A stretch of 64,000 nucleotides of DNA from NCBI GenBank assembly GCA_052168235.1, contig JBQLZK010000006.1, forward strand, positions 64,001 to 128,000, written 5' to 3'. Positions 9,527-18,583 of the stretch are shown here, piece after piece. The position numbers and the translations under genes were made by a program. Numbering within the stretch: position 1 is the stretch's first letter; every line of letters begins with the position of its first letter. Below the pieces are notes generated by a model. The model made no database searches, was not told where the DNA came from, and worked only from the letters and a program-made list of their open reading frames with translations. The DNA is from Thainema sp. GTDB lineage: Bacteria; Cyanobacteriota; Cyanobacteriia; Phormidesmidales; Phormidesmidaceae.

Positions 9527-11890
9527 TTATGGACAGCTACTAGATTTGTCAGCACTTGAATACAAATTGACCCGATGATTATCTCCTCCGCTGGTTACTA
9601 ACACTCGATTGGGCAGGCGAATGATATCGACGCTGTTGATTGGTTTACGGGAGCGACCCAGGCGTTTTCCTTTCAGAACCCTACCATCGGCATCCAGTGA
9701 CCACAGCATCACTGTGCCATCTTCGCCGCCACTGGCTAGATAACAGGCATCATCGCTCAGCGCGACCGAACGCACTGCTTGGCCATCATGACCGTCCGAC
9801 CAGCTATCTAAATTCGTACAGCGTCCTTGATTTTCCAGACAGTCGTTGAGATCCCAGAGGGTAATGCGGCCCTGGGTGTCAGCGGTGGCTAGATGACTAG
9901 GCCGACGGGTGGCGCTGGATAGGCTAACGATGTAGTCATTCGCGTCGCCAGCCGGATAGCTGAGTGAGATGGGGTTGGAGCTGGGTTCCGTAGTCTGCCA
10001 GAGTACCAGTCGGTTGAATCGACCTGCGATCGCAAGTGTCTCCTGCTCACTGCCCACCAGCGCAATCGCCTGCACCGCAAAGTTAAGCGACTTTTCAGCG
10101 ACCGACGGCAGGACAACCGGATCAGCCTGATTTGGATTAGCTCGATTGAGCCGATTACCGACACCGAGATCCCACTGCACCACGGCACCGCTGCCGTGGC
10201 CGCTGAATAAGTAGCGGGCATCGGGGCTGAACTGGAGGGCAAACACGCGATCGTCTGCCTGCGGTTCGCCACCGGGACGGAACTGGAGCTCAAATTCCTG
10301 CTGATCGCGCAGCAGATCCCAAATTTCCACCTCGCCGTTTTCAAATCCCAGTGCGATCGCATCATTATTGATGGGCCGATAGCTGGCAACTCGCACCGCC
10401 TTGTCAAACTTAAGTGGATTGCCCAACCTTCGCTTCATCCGGCCAGTTCGTAGCCAGCGCCGCACGGTTTGGTCATCGGAGGCGCTGACTAATTCATTGG
10501 CCTGACCATCGAAGCGCACCGAGTTGACTGGGCCGCGATGCTGGTTGCGCAGCAGTGGCGGGATGAAGAAGAGTCCTACCAGCGCCACCAAGGCCAAAAG
10601 CTGGAGCCAAAACGCCACGTGGGGGCGAGCCGTTAGCGTCAGGGTTTCAGAAACAGGGCGACGCTCAATATTGCTCAGTAAGTTAACGCTGTTTTCCTCG
10701 GCAGGATTGGCCTCTAGCGGATTGGGCGGCAGACTAGCCATCGGCGCAGAAGGGGCAAGCCGGGGATCATTGCTCGCGAGAGAACTAGCGGCTGGAGCAA
10801 ATCGTCCGTCCGGATCGAGATCGGGCGTGACGCGAAACTGATACTGGTGCGGCCAGCCCAGCAGCGGTCGTTTGGCCTGGATGTAAACCTGAGCCGTGCT
10901 GACCGATCCGGGCTTCAAATCAATCCGGGCTGGCATGACTGTGATGCGATCGCGAAAATCGGACGCGGTGCGATCGCGCTTTAGCCAGCGTCGCCAAGCT
11001 GGAATCGGGGGCGGTATAATCCGCAGACTGGCTGGTTGTGCCCAATTGCTTTGGTTGTTGAGCTGAACAGTGTAAATGCCCTGCTGAGTGCGATCGCGGT
11101 TGGCTCTCTCGTCCAGTTCAGCATCAATGGTGATGTCGTCTGATGCCACTGCTGCCGCCGGAATGATGGACTGAATCGGCTCCACATCCAGCTCCATCAC
11201 GCCCCAAGGCTGCACATACAGCGTACCGCCCACCTGCACCGAGGATGAGAGCGACTGGAGCGCCTCCACCTGAAAGGCGTAGGTTTGACTAATCGCTTCC
11301 GTAGAGGCCGGAATCTGGCAGACAAATAGCATACGCGATTCGCTCTGGGGTGGAATTTGCAGCCGTCGTTCGCTGCCCTCCACCAGCCAGTCGCTGGGTA
11401 AGCCCTTCAGCCGCAGCAGCACGTTGCCCATCGTCCGGTTCGGATTCAGCAAGCGCACTGGAATTTCAACGCTGTGTCCCGGTAAGCCGCTGAGCTGGGG
11501 TGCAGCCAGCTCGAGCTGGGGCGGAAACACGCCGCTGCCCTCGATAATCAGCGTGACCACCCGCCGATCTTCTTCACGCAGCTCCAGCGAAAAGACGCGC
11601 ACGGTCAGCGTCATCTTGCCGACGAATCCGCCGGGAACGGGCGGCACGTCCAGAATCGAAATTGAGAACTGGGTGCGATCGCCCGCTGGAATTTTGGCCG
11701 ACAGGTCAGGGGCGAGCCGATACCAGTGATCGGTGGCATTGATATCGACGCCGGAGGCCAGCAGCTCAAGCTGAAAGGTGGCAAACGACGAACTGAGATT
11801 CGACACGGCCACCTCAAACCCCTGCGGCTGGCCCCCTGGCTGAAACCGCAGCGTTTGCGTAGATAAATCAGTAGTGAGCAATTTAGACAT
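9527..11890 (-). CDS. CIS-associated membrane protein: Ig-like N-terminus, TM helix, C-terminal WD40 propeller
   Basis: WD40 signatures (HRGPVNSVRF...SASDDQTVRRW; GHDGQAVRSVAL...SGGEDGTVMLW) and TM segment FWLQLLALVALVGLFFIPPLL. Confidence 0.85.
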   Translation of the reverse strand: MSKLLTTDLSTQTLRFQPGGQPQGFEVAVSNLSSSFATFQLELLASGVDINATDHWYRLAPDLSAKIPAGDRTQFSISILDVPPVPGGFVGKMTLTVRVFSLELREEDRRVVTLIIEGSGVFPPQLELAAPQLSGLPGHSVEIPVRLLNPNRTMGNVLLRLKGLPSDWLVEGSERRLQIPPQSESRMLFVCQIPASTEAISQTYAFQVEALQSLSSSVQVGGTLYVQPWGVMELDVEPIQSIIPAAAVASDDITIDAELDERANRDRTQQGIYTVQLNNQSNWAQPASLRIIPPPIPAWRRWLKRDRTASDFRDRITVMPARIDLKPGSVSTAQVYIQAKRPLLGWPHQYQFRVTPDLDPDGRFAPAASSLASNDPRLAPSAPMASLPPNPLEANPAEENSVNLLSNIERRPVSETLTLTARPHVAFWLQLLALVALVGLFFIPPLLRNQHRGPVNSVRFDGQANELVSASDDQTVRRWLRTGRMKRRLGNPLKFDKAVRVASYRPINNDAIALGFENGEVEIWDLLRDQQEFELQFRPGGEPQADDRVFALQFSPDARYLFSGHGSGAVVQWDLGVGNRLNRANPNQADPVVLPSVAEKSLNFAVQAIALVGSEQETLAIAGRFNRLVLWQTTEPSSNPISLSYPAGDANDYIVSLSSATRRPSHLATADTQGRITLWDLNDCLENQGRCTNLDSWSDGHDGQAVRSVALSDDACYLASGGEDGTVMLWSLDADGRVLKGKRLGRSRKPINSVDIIRLPNRVLVTSGGDNHRVNLYSSADKSSSCP

Positions 11891-11964
11891 GGTTGAAGAC
11901 CAGGTTAAACCTCTGAATGGGTGAGGTGGGTTCGGCTGTGCCGTCTTGAAGAGAATCGCATGGG

Positions 11965-12031
11965 AAACCCCAATTTATTTTTTGTCAGCAGCTTGCTGAG
12001 CAAGCTGCTGACAAAAAATAAATTGGGGTTT
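11965..12031. repeat. Perfect 67-bp palindrome (33-bp arms) centred on GCTGAGC
   Basis: AAACCCCAATTTATTTTTTGTCAGCAGCTTGCT-G-AGCAAGCTGCTGACAAAAAATAAATTGGGGTTT, touching the stop codon of the upstream gene. Confidence 0.95.
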
Positions 12032-13404
12032 TAACTGTTTTGCATCATCATGCGCCGCCGCCAAGCAAAGTGGAGAATATTAATTCCCAATTCTTGAGCA
12101 CCGCGAATTTGGTCGCGGGTCAGGGCCAGATTTTCGTCATAGCCCCAGCCGCTGGATAAGCTGCCGATGACCAGAATAATGCCGCCCCAGTTCAGCACTT
12201 CAATCGTGGTTTGATTCAGCACCGGATAGCGGACAAAGCGGAACGGACGACTGCGTAGTGGATGCTGACCGTTGAGCTGTCCCGTTCCCGAAAGCTGAAT
12301 GCCCACCTGTTCCGCAAAGGTGGTGATGGAACTCACCAATGTCTCAACCTCTTCGGCCACACAAGTGTGAATTTCGCCCAGCTCCGCTACAAATTCGCGC
12401 TCCAGATGGGGCAGCTGAGCCGATTCCGTGCGGATGGCCGCGAGGGCGCTGCGCACGTCATACTGCACCTGCATTAGCTCATCCAAATTGGTTTGATAGG
12501 CAGGTACTTCAATGATCAGTGTGCCGCCGTGCTGAAGATATTGGCCAATCGGTTGCGCTTGGACAGCCGTTAAACCTGCTAGCTGGCTATGGCGCATATA
12601 CAGCAGATCATGGTTGGCGAGGAGCGCTTGGGTGGCGGCGGTCGTCACTTGTCCGGGATTGGTTGGTTCTAATCCGCCAAGGGAGAGCGTTTCCAGCGAT
12701 AGATTGGTCACTGAGCCACCACTCTGCAATGAGGGATAAAGTACCTCTAGCGACTCAAACAACCCCGCAAAATCCAGCTCCGTCTTCCAGGTCTCACTCT
12801 CGTTAGTTTCCAGTTGGGCGACCTTGATTAAACCTTGAGGTCGCGATCGCACAATTTGCCGAAAGCGCAGATCCACCTGATTGGCGGTTGGGAAAAAGCA
12901 GTCTGTTGGCATTTGCAGTTCCACGACACCCGGCTGTAGCTCAATGCGGCACAGCTCCACGTCTAATTCATCCGGTGGCGAATTACGCTCATCCAGCCGG
13001 AATGTTTCTTGCACAACCGTCGTTTCGCTGGTGATTGCCTTTAGCTGATCCGGGTCAACATAGCTGAGGACAAGATAAACCGTAATCGTTGATGAAACTG
13101 GCGTGGCTGCAATCCGATAGGTAACAGGTGACGGCACAACGATCGGATTACCCTTGGCATCAATGGCCATCCCCGGCTGCACTTGAAGCCAACGTCCATC
13201 GCGATACTGGGAGCTGATTTCACTAGGCGCAGGAATCACTTGGACATGCAGGCCGCAGACAATACCGGGCTGGTTCAGCGCCTGAAAATGCAGGTTCTGC
13301 CGCTGCCGATGATAGGCATGGGCCACCTGCCAGCGATCGGCGGTGAGCAGCAGACCGTCGCTAACCTGGAGGCGTTCGAGTGGCTGAATCGGAGGCGTAG
13401 ACAT
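12031..13404 (-). CDS. DUF4159-domain CIS accessory (tail-fibre/crown-like) protein
   Basis: N-terminal LERLQVSDGLLLTADRW...YHRQRQ...PGIVCGL...QPGMAIDAKGNPI resembles CIS fibre-attachment domains. C-terminus YLQHGGTL...LGINILHFA is DUF4159-like. Confidence 0.75.
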   Translation of the reverse strand: MSTPPIQPLERLQVSDGLLLTADRWQVAHAYHRQRQNLHFQALNQPGIVCGLHVQVIPAPSEISSQYRDGRWLQVQPGMAIDAKGNPIVVPSPVTYRIAATPVSSTITVYLVLSYVDPDQLKAITSETTVVQETFRLDERNSPPDELDVELCRIELQPGVVELQMPTDCFFPTANQVDLRFRQIVRSRPQGLIKVAQLETNESETWKTELDFAGLFESLEVLYPSLQSGGSVTNLSLETLSLGGLEPTNPGQVTTAATQALLANHDLLYMRHSQLAGLTAVQAQPIGQYLQHGGTLIIEVPAYQTNLDELMQVQYDVRSALAAIRTESAQLPHLEREFVAELGEIHTCVAEEVETLVSSITTFAEQVGIQLSGTGQLNGQHPLRSRPFRFVRYPVLNQTTIEVLNWGGIILVIGSLSSGWGYDENLALTRDQIRGAQELGINILHFAWRRRMMMQNS

Positions 13405-13555
13405 GATGATGACTGATGGTGTTGTTAAACAAAGGATGATTAAAGTGTTGTCGGATGGGCGTTGTCCACCCGTTCAACCGAGAAGATTGGGGTAGGTTTA
13501 GCGCTAGCGTAACCTAATGACATCATCAAAATGGCTGAAATTAATTGAAATTAAG

Positions 13556-14641
13556 TTAGTTTTCACCTATAGAAAGAACGTTCGTGATGGTCACCACGGG
13601 AGCAGGGAGCCGTTCGACCTGCAAATCGTAGGAGCAAAAGGCGGGTTTTTCTTGCTCAATAATGGAGTGGACTAAGGTTTCATCAATCGGATAGTCTCCT
13701 TCTGGACGTAAACAAATTGAAAAGTGAAAAGGCCGACTGCCGCCCAGGGTGGCATCTTGACCAATGTGGGCGACGCCTAGCACAAAGCCCTGGCTAAAGT
13801 TTTCGGTAATGCTGATGTGTTTGCTCGCCTCATCCCGCAGATGTTCGTCCAGCGGCAAGCCCGTTGCTAAATGCAGGAAAAAGCGCAGACCACGCCGAGT
13901 GCCGCGCCAGCGATAGATTTGCATAGCGTGGCGGATGAGAAACCGTTGGCGCTCTATGGAAATCGGAGCTTGGAACGACCAGCCGACCCAGTGAGACAGA
14001 AAAGGCAAAAAAGCCGTCGGTGCAGTGAGCGGATCAAGATGCGCCCACATGGTTTCCAGGGTGTTCACCGACGGCTCAAACGTTTCCTCAAACAGCTTGA
14101 GAAAACGACCCACAAAATCAATATCGCGGTACAGATCGGGCAGGAAATTCAGGTACAGACTGCGAGGCCGAATGTGAAGCTGAAACGGTCGTGTTTCTCG
14201 CTGGGGCTGTCCCGCTTCTCCATCCCGAAGGGTTAATGTGAGCTGTCCTTGGTAGTCTAACTTGAGCGGCACCTGCTGACCAGAGTAAGACTGCTCAAAA
14301 AAGTCAGTTGTGATCGCAAAATATAGAACCGCATCCAGTTGATGATCCGGCGGCAGTTCTGAGCCTTCAACTCCACCAATCCGGCACCACTCGGCGGGAA
14401 AATCGCCATTCACCTGCAAGTTGATCTGAAGTGGATTCGCCCCGTAGTTCTGCACCTGGACAATCAGTTCGCTTGGCTCCCCTGGACGAATCAGCAAGCT
14501 GAGTGGATGCGCCAGATCTGGCGCTTGGAAAAACGTATCGTCTGCCAGTGCCACCGCCAATTCCGACGATGGCACCGCATCTGGCACCTGCATCGGCGTC
14601 AGCAATAGGCGATAGGTTTGACCAGAGCGAGCTTGTGTCAT
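13556..14641 (-). CDS. Phage tail protein I-like baseplate wedge subunit (CIS)
   Basis: YLNFLPDLY...FVGRFLKLFE...LDPLTAPTAFLPFLSHWVGW...YRWRGTRRGL...IIEQEKPAFC motifs; adjacent to the baseplate J-like gene. Confidence 0.88.
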   Translation of the reverse strand: MTQARSGQTYRLLLTPMQVPDAVPSSELAVALADDTFFQAPDLAHPLSLLIRPGEPSELIVQVQNYGANPLQINLQVNGDFPAEWCRIGGVEGSELPPDHQLDAVLYFAITTDFFEQSYSGQQVPLKLDYQGQLTLTLRDGEAGQPQRETRPFQLHIRPRSLYLNFLPDLYRDIDFVGRFLKLFEETFEPSVNTLETMWAHLDPLTAPTAFLPFLSHWVGWSFQAPISIERQRFLIRHAMQIYRWRGTRRGLRFFLHLATGLPLDEHLRDEASKHISITENFSQGFVLGVAHIGQDATLGGSRPFHFSICLRPEGDYPIDETLVHSIIEQEKPAFCSYDLQVERLPAPVVTITNVLSIGEN

Positions 14642-14662
14642 CCAGGTACCCTTAACTAACCT

Positions 14663-16873
14663 TTAACTAATCAAACTAATGGTGTGGGTTGAGCGCAGCT
14701 GATTGTCGGCCCACGAGCAAATCAGCCCCAAGCTGCCGGGCCGCACGATGTTGTCCGGCGCAGGCGAGCGTCGCCACTGATCCTGATGCCGCCGGAACTC
14801 AAACAGCAGCACGGCTCCCAAATAGCGCACCCCAGCAGTGCCCTGAATCAGAGAAATAATGTCCGAAGGGTAAACAGGTGCCCCAAACGGCCAGCCGTTG
14901 CCGTCTCGTCCCCCCGTCAGCGGATTCAAAAACCGATAGAGCGACACCTGAATCTGCTGCAAAATCGCCTGCTGCGCCTGGGAATTAGCGTATTCTGGAT
15001 CGATACCTACCTCTGTTTGCACCCCTACTCCAACATATTCCGACTCCTTGAGCTGCACCTCAATCCCCAGCAGTCGCCGCTCGTTCAGATACCCCTCAAT
15101 CTGCTGGCGCAACTGCGGCGTCATCAAAAACTGATCGGGCGGAATGCCCACGCCCCGCTCGATCCCCATAATGTTGGTCTGCGGCACCACATAGACATCC
15201 ACCACACCTGGTTTATGACTCTGCTTGGGACAGCGACAGCGAGCCACCGCACCCTGCCCCCCCTGAAGCGTCAGCGCCTCAAAATCCTCTGGTGTCACCG
15301 CGCGATCGCGCGTGCGTAACATCCGGGGCACTCGCAGCACCGCATCTTCCAGCGATTCGGCATCGGCTCCGTTGCGGGCCGGAGTGTGGTTGGTCACTGC
15401 CGACACGTAGGGCACCGCTGACTTGACAATCCGCAGACTGTGGCTCTGGACATTGCCCTTGCGTCCACCGCCCGTCCGGTAGCGAGACATGCGCAGAATG
15501 GCTCCGCGTGGAGGTGCCGCACCATACTGGCGCTCCATCAAAGTTGCGATCGCACTTCCTTGCGCTCTTAAAGACGACATTTGATTCAGCGGCGAGCCTT
15601 GATCCATCTGGGTAATTGCCCGAATCTGAGTCTGCTCCTTCAACTGGCTCGGCTCTCGAATTAGTGGCCCAAACTGCAGTTCTCCCGTTAAGGAATCTAG
15701 CGTATAGTGGCGATCCTCTGGCCCTGAATCAGCAAAATCGTTCACCTCTGCCCAAATCTGTGGCAGCCCGTCCGGTGGCGTCACGATCAGATGTTCCCCC
15801 TCCCGACGCGGCAGAATCGGCGCTCCCTGAATCTGGAACTTCTGCCCCGCCAGTCCGTTACTCTCACCCAGCAGCTCATCCCGAACCACCGTACACTGAC
15901 TGGCATCAATCGTGCCGCCAATCGAGCGCACCGACACCCGCAGCAAGCGCGGCGAACTACTATACCCCGTCTGATTCTGATTTGCTTGCGGCGGCGTATA
16001 CACACAGCGCACCCAGCGGCCCTGATAGGTGGCGAACGATGTGACTGGAAATTGCTGCGGCAGGTGCAGCACCACCTCTGCTTCCTGCACAGGCGTCGTC
16101 CCGTCACCAATCTCATGGAAGCTAAATCCCTTCGTATGGTCATCCGCTTCCCGCAGCAAAATCGGCACCCAGCGTCCCCCGTCCCAGGCCTCCCAGCGGC
16201 GGGGCGGACGGTCGGGATTAATACCCGTGGAGGTGGCCGCTTCCCCGGACAGCGCTAGCGCCAACACATTCCCCTCAATTGGCTGATCGGGATCAAACAC
16301 AATATATAGACAGTTTCCTGGCTGCGGGCGCTCACTGAAAATCATCTGCTCTCGCCCCGACCAGGTGCCATCGGACTGGCGCGACCACAGGTTAGCAAAG
16401 CGATCGCGCAAAATCGTTGGCTGCGTCTCCAGTAGTTCCGACGTCAGCAGGTGATTGATTTCCGGTAGCCCAATCGTCAGTGTTCGCTCGGTGCTGAAGA
16501 TAATTGCCTCTTCGGTTTCCGTCCGCTCGGTGGCAACTTCCACGCCTACCGGAATCTGATACACCGTCGGTAGGCTAGCGGTTAAGTAAAACGTTGCTTC
16601 GGTAAACGCGGGCGCAGGCGGCTGGAGCCGAACCCCCAACAGTTCCAAAAAGCCCACGTAGTTGCGGCGCGGAATCTGGTTGAACCGCATCAGCATCTGG
16701 TCAGTCAACCAGGCAAACAGCTCAATCATTGTTACGCCTGGGTCGCCCGGATTATAGTTTGTCCATTCGGGACAGTACCGGGGAATCCGTAGAATGCACT
16801 CTTCGACCAGGTCTTTAAAGGCGCGGTCGTCGAGGTCGGATTTGGGCAGATTGGGCAGGAAGTCGAAGTCCAT
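14663..16873 (-). CDS. Putative baseplate assembly protein (baseplate J-like, Afp11/Cis11-type)
   Basis: LDDRAFKDLV...PEWTNYNPGDPGVTMIELFAW, YRTGGGRKGNV, GADAESLE, RAVTPEDFE and GWPFG motifs. Confidence 0.92.
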   Translation of the reverse strand: MDFDFLPNLPKSDLDDRAFKDLVEECILRIPRYCPEWTNYNPGDPGVTMIELFAWLTDQMLMRFNQIPRRNYVGFLELLGVRLQPPAPAFTEATFYLTASLPTVYQIPVGVEVATERTETEEAIIFSTERTLTIGLPEINHLLTSELLETQPTILRDRFANLWSRQSDGTWSGREQMIFSERPQPGNCLYIVFDPDQPIEGNVLALALSGEAATSTGINPDRPPRRWEAWDGGRWVPILLREADDHTKGFSFHEIGDGTTPVQEAEVVLHLPQQFPVTSFATYQGRWVRCVYTPPQANQNQTGYSSSPRLLRVSVRSIGGTIDASQCTVVRDELLGESNGLAGQKFQIQGAPILPRREGEHLIVTPPDGLPQIWAEVNDFADSGPEDRHYTLDSLTGELQFGPLIREPSQLKEQTQIRAITQMDQGSPLNQMSSLRAQGSAIATLMERQYGAAPPRGAILRMSRYRTGGGRKGNVQSHSLRIVKSAVPYVSAVTNHTPARNGADAESLEDAVLRVPRMLRTRDRAVTPEDFEALTLQGGQGAVARCRCPKQSHKPGVVDVYVVPQTNIMGIERGVGIPPDQFLMTPQLRQQIEGYLNERRLLGIEVQLKESEYVGVGVQTEVGIDPEYANSQAQQAILQQIQVSLYRFLNPLTGGRDGNGWPFGAPVYPSDIISLIQGTAGVRYLGAVLLFEFRRHQDQWRRSPAPDNIVRPGSLGLICSWADNQLRSTHTISLIS

Positions 16874-16882
16874 GTTGGGTGA

Positions 16883-17078
16883 GGAGTGAGGAGGAAGGCG
16901 AGAGGAGTGGGAGGGTGGATGGGTGAGGGGGTAGATGGGTGGGAGACTAAGGGAGAGGGGGGTAGATGGGTGGGAGGGTAGATGGGTAGGAGTTGTGTAG
17001 GGTGTGTTAGGTGTTAGGCGTTAGCCGTAACGCACCAGGCTTCTTACGCCTCACTCCTCTCGCCTTCCTCCTCACTCC
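16883..17078. repeat. Intergenic cassette: 27-bp perfect inverted repeats enclosing G-tract repeats and a REP-like element
   Basis: GGAGTGAGGAGGAAGGCGAGAGGAGTG (16883-16909) and its exact complement (17052-17078). Repeated GGGTAGATGGGT units and GTAGGGTG...GTAACGCACC (16997-17036) lie inside. Confidence 0.85.
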
Positions 17079-17080
17079 CT

Positions 17081-17497
17081 TCACTCAGGAGACATGAGAT
17101 AAAAGGGGTAAACAATGCTGCGGCGGACAGGGTTGTTTTTGGGGTGGTACTGGATGATGATGTCCACGCGACCGCGTAGCGGATCGGGTTCGGTCGCGAT
17201 TTGGTCGAGGATGATGCGCGGCTCCCATTTTTCGAGGGCTTCTTGGACGTGGAGCCTTACTAGCAGCAGGGTTTCGGTGCTCATGGGCATGAAGGTGAGT
17301 TCGGACAGCCGACAGCCGAAGTCGGGCCGATAAACTCGTTCGCCAATCCGCGTTCGCAGAATAATCTGAATCGATTCTTCGATATTTGTGCGGCCTGCGC
17401 TGAGCTGTAAATCCCCCTGGACGCTAATCCGCATGGGGAAACACCAGCCACGCCCCAGATGGGCATCGGGTTGTGTAGACTCGGCAAAGTTCGGCAT
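17081..17497 (-). CDS. GPW/gp25 family baseplate protein
   Basis: LGRGWCFP...IEESIQIILRTRIGERVYRPDFGC...LEKWEPRI...VYPFYL is the gp25 signature. Confidence 0.95.
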   Translation of the reverse strand: MPNFAESTQPDAHLGRGWCFPMRISVQGDLQLSAGRTNIEESIQIILRTRIGERVYRPDFGCRLSELTFMPMSTETLLLVRLHVQEALEKWEPRIILDQIATEPDPLRGRVDIIIQYHPKNNPVRRSIVYPFYLMSPE

Positions 17498-17623
17498 TGC
17501 TGACGGCCACCTATACCACTGACTGCCGCCAGCTTAGCCATCTGGTTTCTGAGTTCCTATTCGCCAAAAGTCGAATACGGAGGTGAGGGTAATCACCCTT
17601 GGTTGGTGCAAGATGTGAGCATA

Positions 17624-18148
17624 CTAATTTTGAACCGTCTGTTTTTGATAGATGGTCGGAATGGCTATTGTTAGCAACATCATCAGGTTGGCGAGCCAGA
17701 ACAGCACGATGCTGGTAAAGCCAAGCAACTCTAAATGGGAGAGCGAGAGCTGGTTAAAGCCATCAAATAACTGCCACAGTCGAAACGCAGTATAGCAAAA
17801 GCCGATGGGCACGACGACGCTAGCAACGAGCCAGCGGCTGAACGTTGACTCTGAGAGGAGCTGTACGACTACGACTAGAACATAGCTACTCCAGAATGAC
17901 AAAGCGGCAGGTTGCTGCCGAGCTTGAATCCACAAGGCCAGTGGGACTAAAACTCCCAAAACCGACGCCAGCTTGACCCAAGCTTTCAGAAATGCCCCCT
18001 GTTTGTCGTTGAAGCCAATTTCGGCGGAAAAGGGCAGCCGTTGCGTTTTAACGCCGTAGCCATAACCAATGGCGATGCTAGTTGCGATCGCAATAAATAG
18101 CGCTATCACCAGTCCGTTATCTATTATGACTGCCTCCTGATTCAACAT
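17624..18148 (-). CDS. Hypothetical integral membrane protein
   Basis: 174 aa with about five hydrophobic segments. Confidence 0.7.
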   Translation of the reverse strand: MLNQEAVIIDNGLVIALFIAIATSIAIGYGYGVKTQRLPFSAEIGFNDKQGAFLKAWVKLASVLGVLVPLALWIQARQQPAALSFWSSYVLVVVVQLLSESTFSRWLVASVVVPIGFCYTAFRLWQLFDGFNQLSLSHLELLGFTSIVLFWLANLMMLLTIAIPTIYQKQTVQN

Positions 18149-18251
18149 CGATAAAAAAGGAAGTGCGATCGCACTTGCCTCTAATTTCTACTTTGAATGA
18201 TGGAAGCTAGTCTTGGAGCATGAATGAACGAAATCAGCGTTTGATCTTGGG

Positions 18252-18428
18252 ATGCGACTGATTATCCTGAAACACTACATTCGCGCCCACCAAATGGATG
18301 TCACCAACCGCTGGAAGCATTTTCTAGACGATGAACGCTACCGCCAACTCTTCCAGCACCCAAAACTCTGGGACTATTCCGAACGTATCTTCGGGCACTT
18401 TGCCGGAACAGAAGCATTGAAGTTTTAA
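18252..18428 (+). pseudogene. Probable 3' gene remnant (58 codons)
   Basis: Reads MRLIILKHYIRAHQMDVTNRWKHFLDDERYRQLFQHPKLWDYSERIFGHFAGTEALKF*. Protein-like, with an in-frame stop shortly upstream; below the ORF-track cutoff. Confidence 0.35.
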
Positions 18429-18505
18429 GTTCTAGCCATTCAATCGAGAACAGTTGACATTTGCTGTGTCAGCTATATTTGAAACATCCCAATCACTTGT
18501 TTTGA

Positions 18506-18583
18506 ATGCCAACTCTGTTAATAGTCGGCCCCTATCGCTTCTTCTGTTACGCGGGCGACCGTGATGAACTCTTTAACGATTGA
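18506..18583 (+). pseudogene. Truncated DUF4160 family gene (N-terminal remnant)
   Basis: Translates MPTLLIVGPYRFFCYAGDRDE-LFND*, matching the recalled DUF4160 N-terminus (MPT...GPYRFFFY..DRDEPxHIHV). It sits directly before DUF2442, its usual partner. Confidence 0.8.

Noticed and set aside
13556..17497. Prophage
   Set aside because: Only baseplate-type genes are present, with no capsid, terminase, portal, integrase or lysis genes, and host HIP1 sites occur throughout. A domesticated CIS fits better.
6495..17497. Type VI secretion system
   Set aside because: No TssJLM, TssK, ClpV, Hcp or TssBC genes; the baseplate proteins are of the eCIS type.
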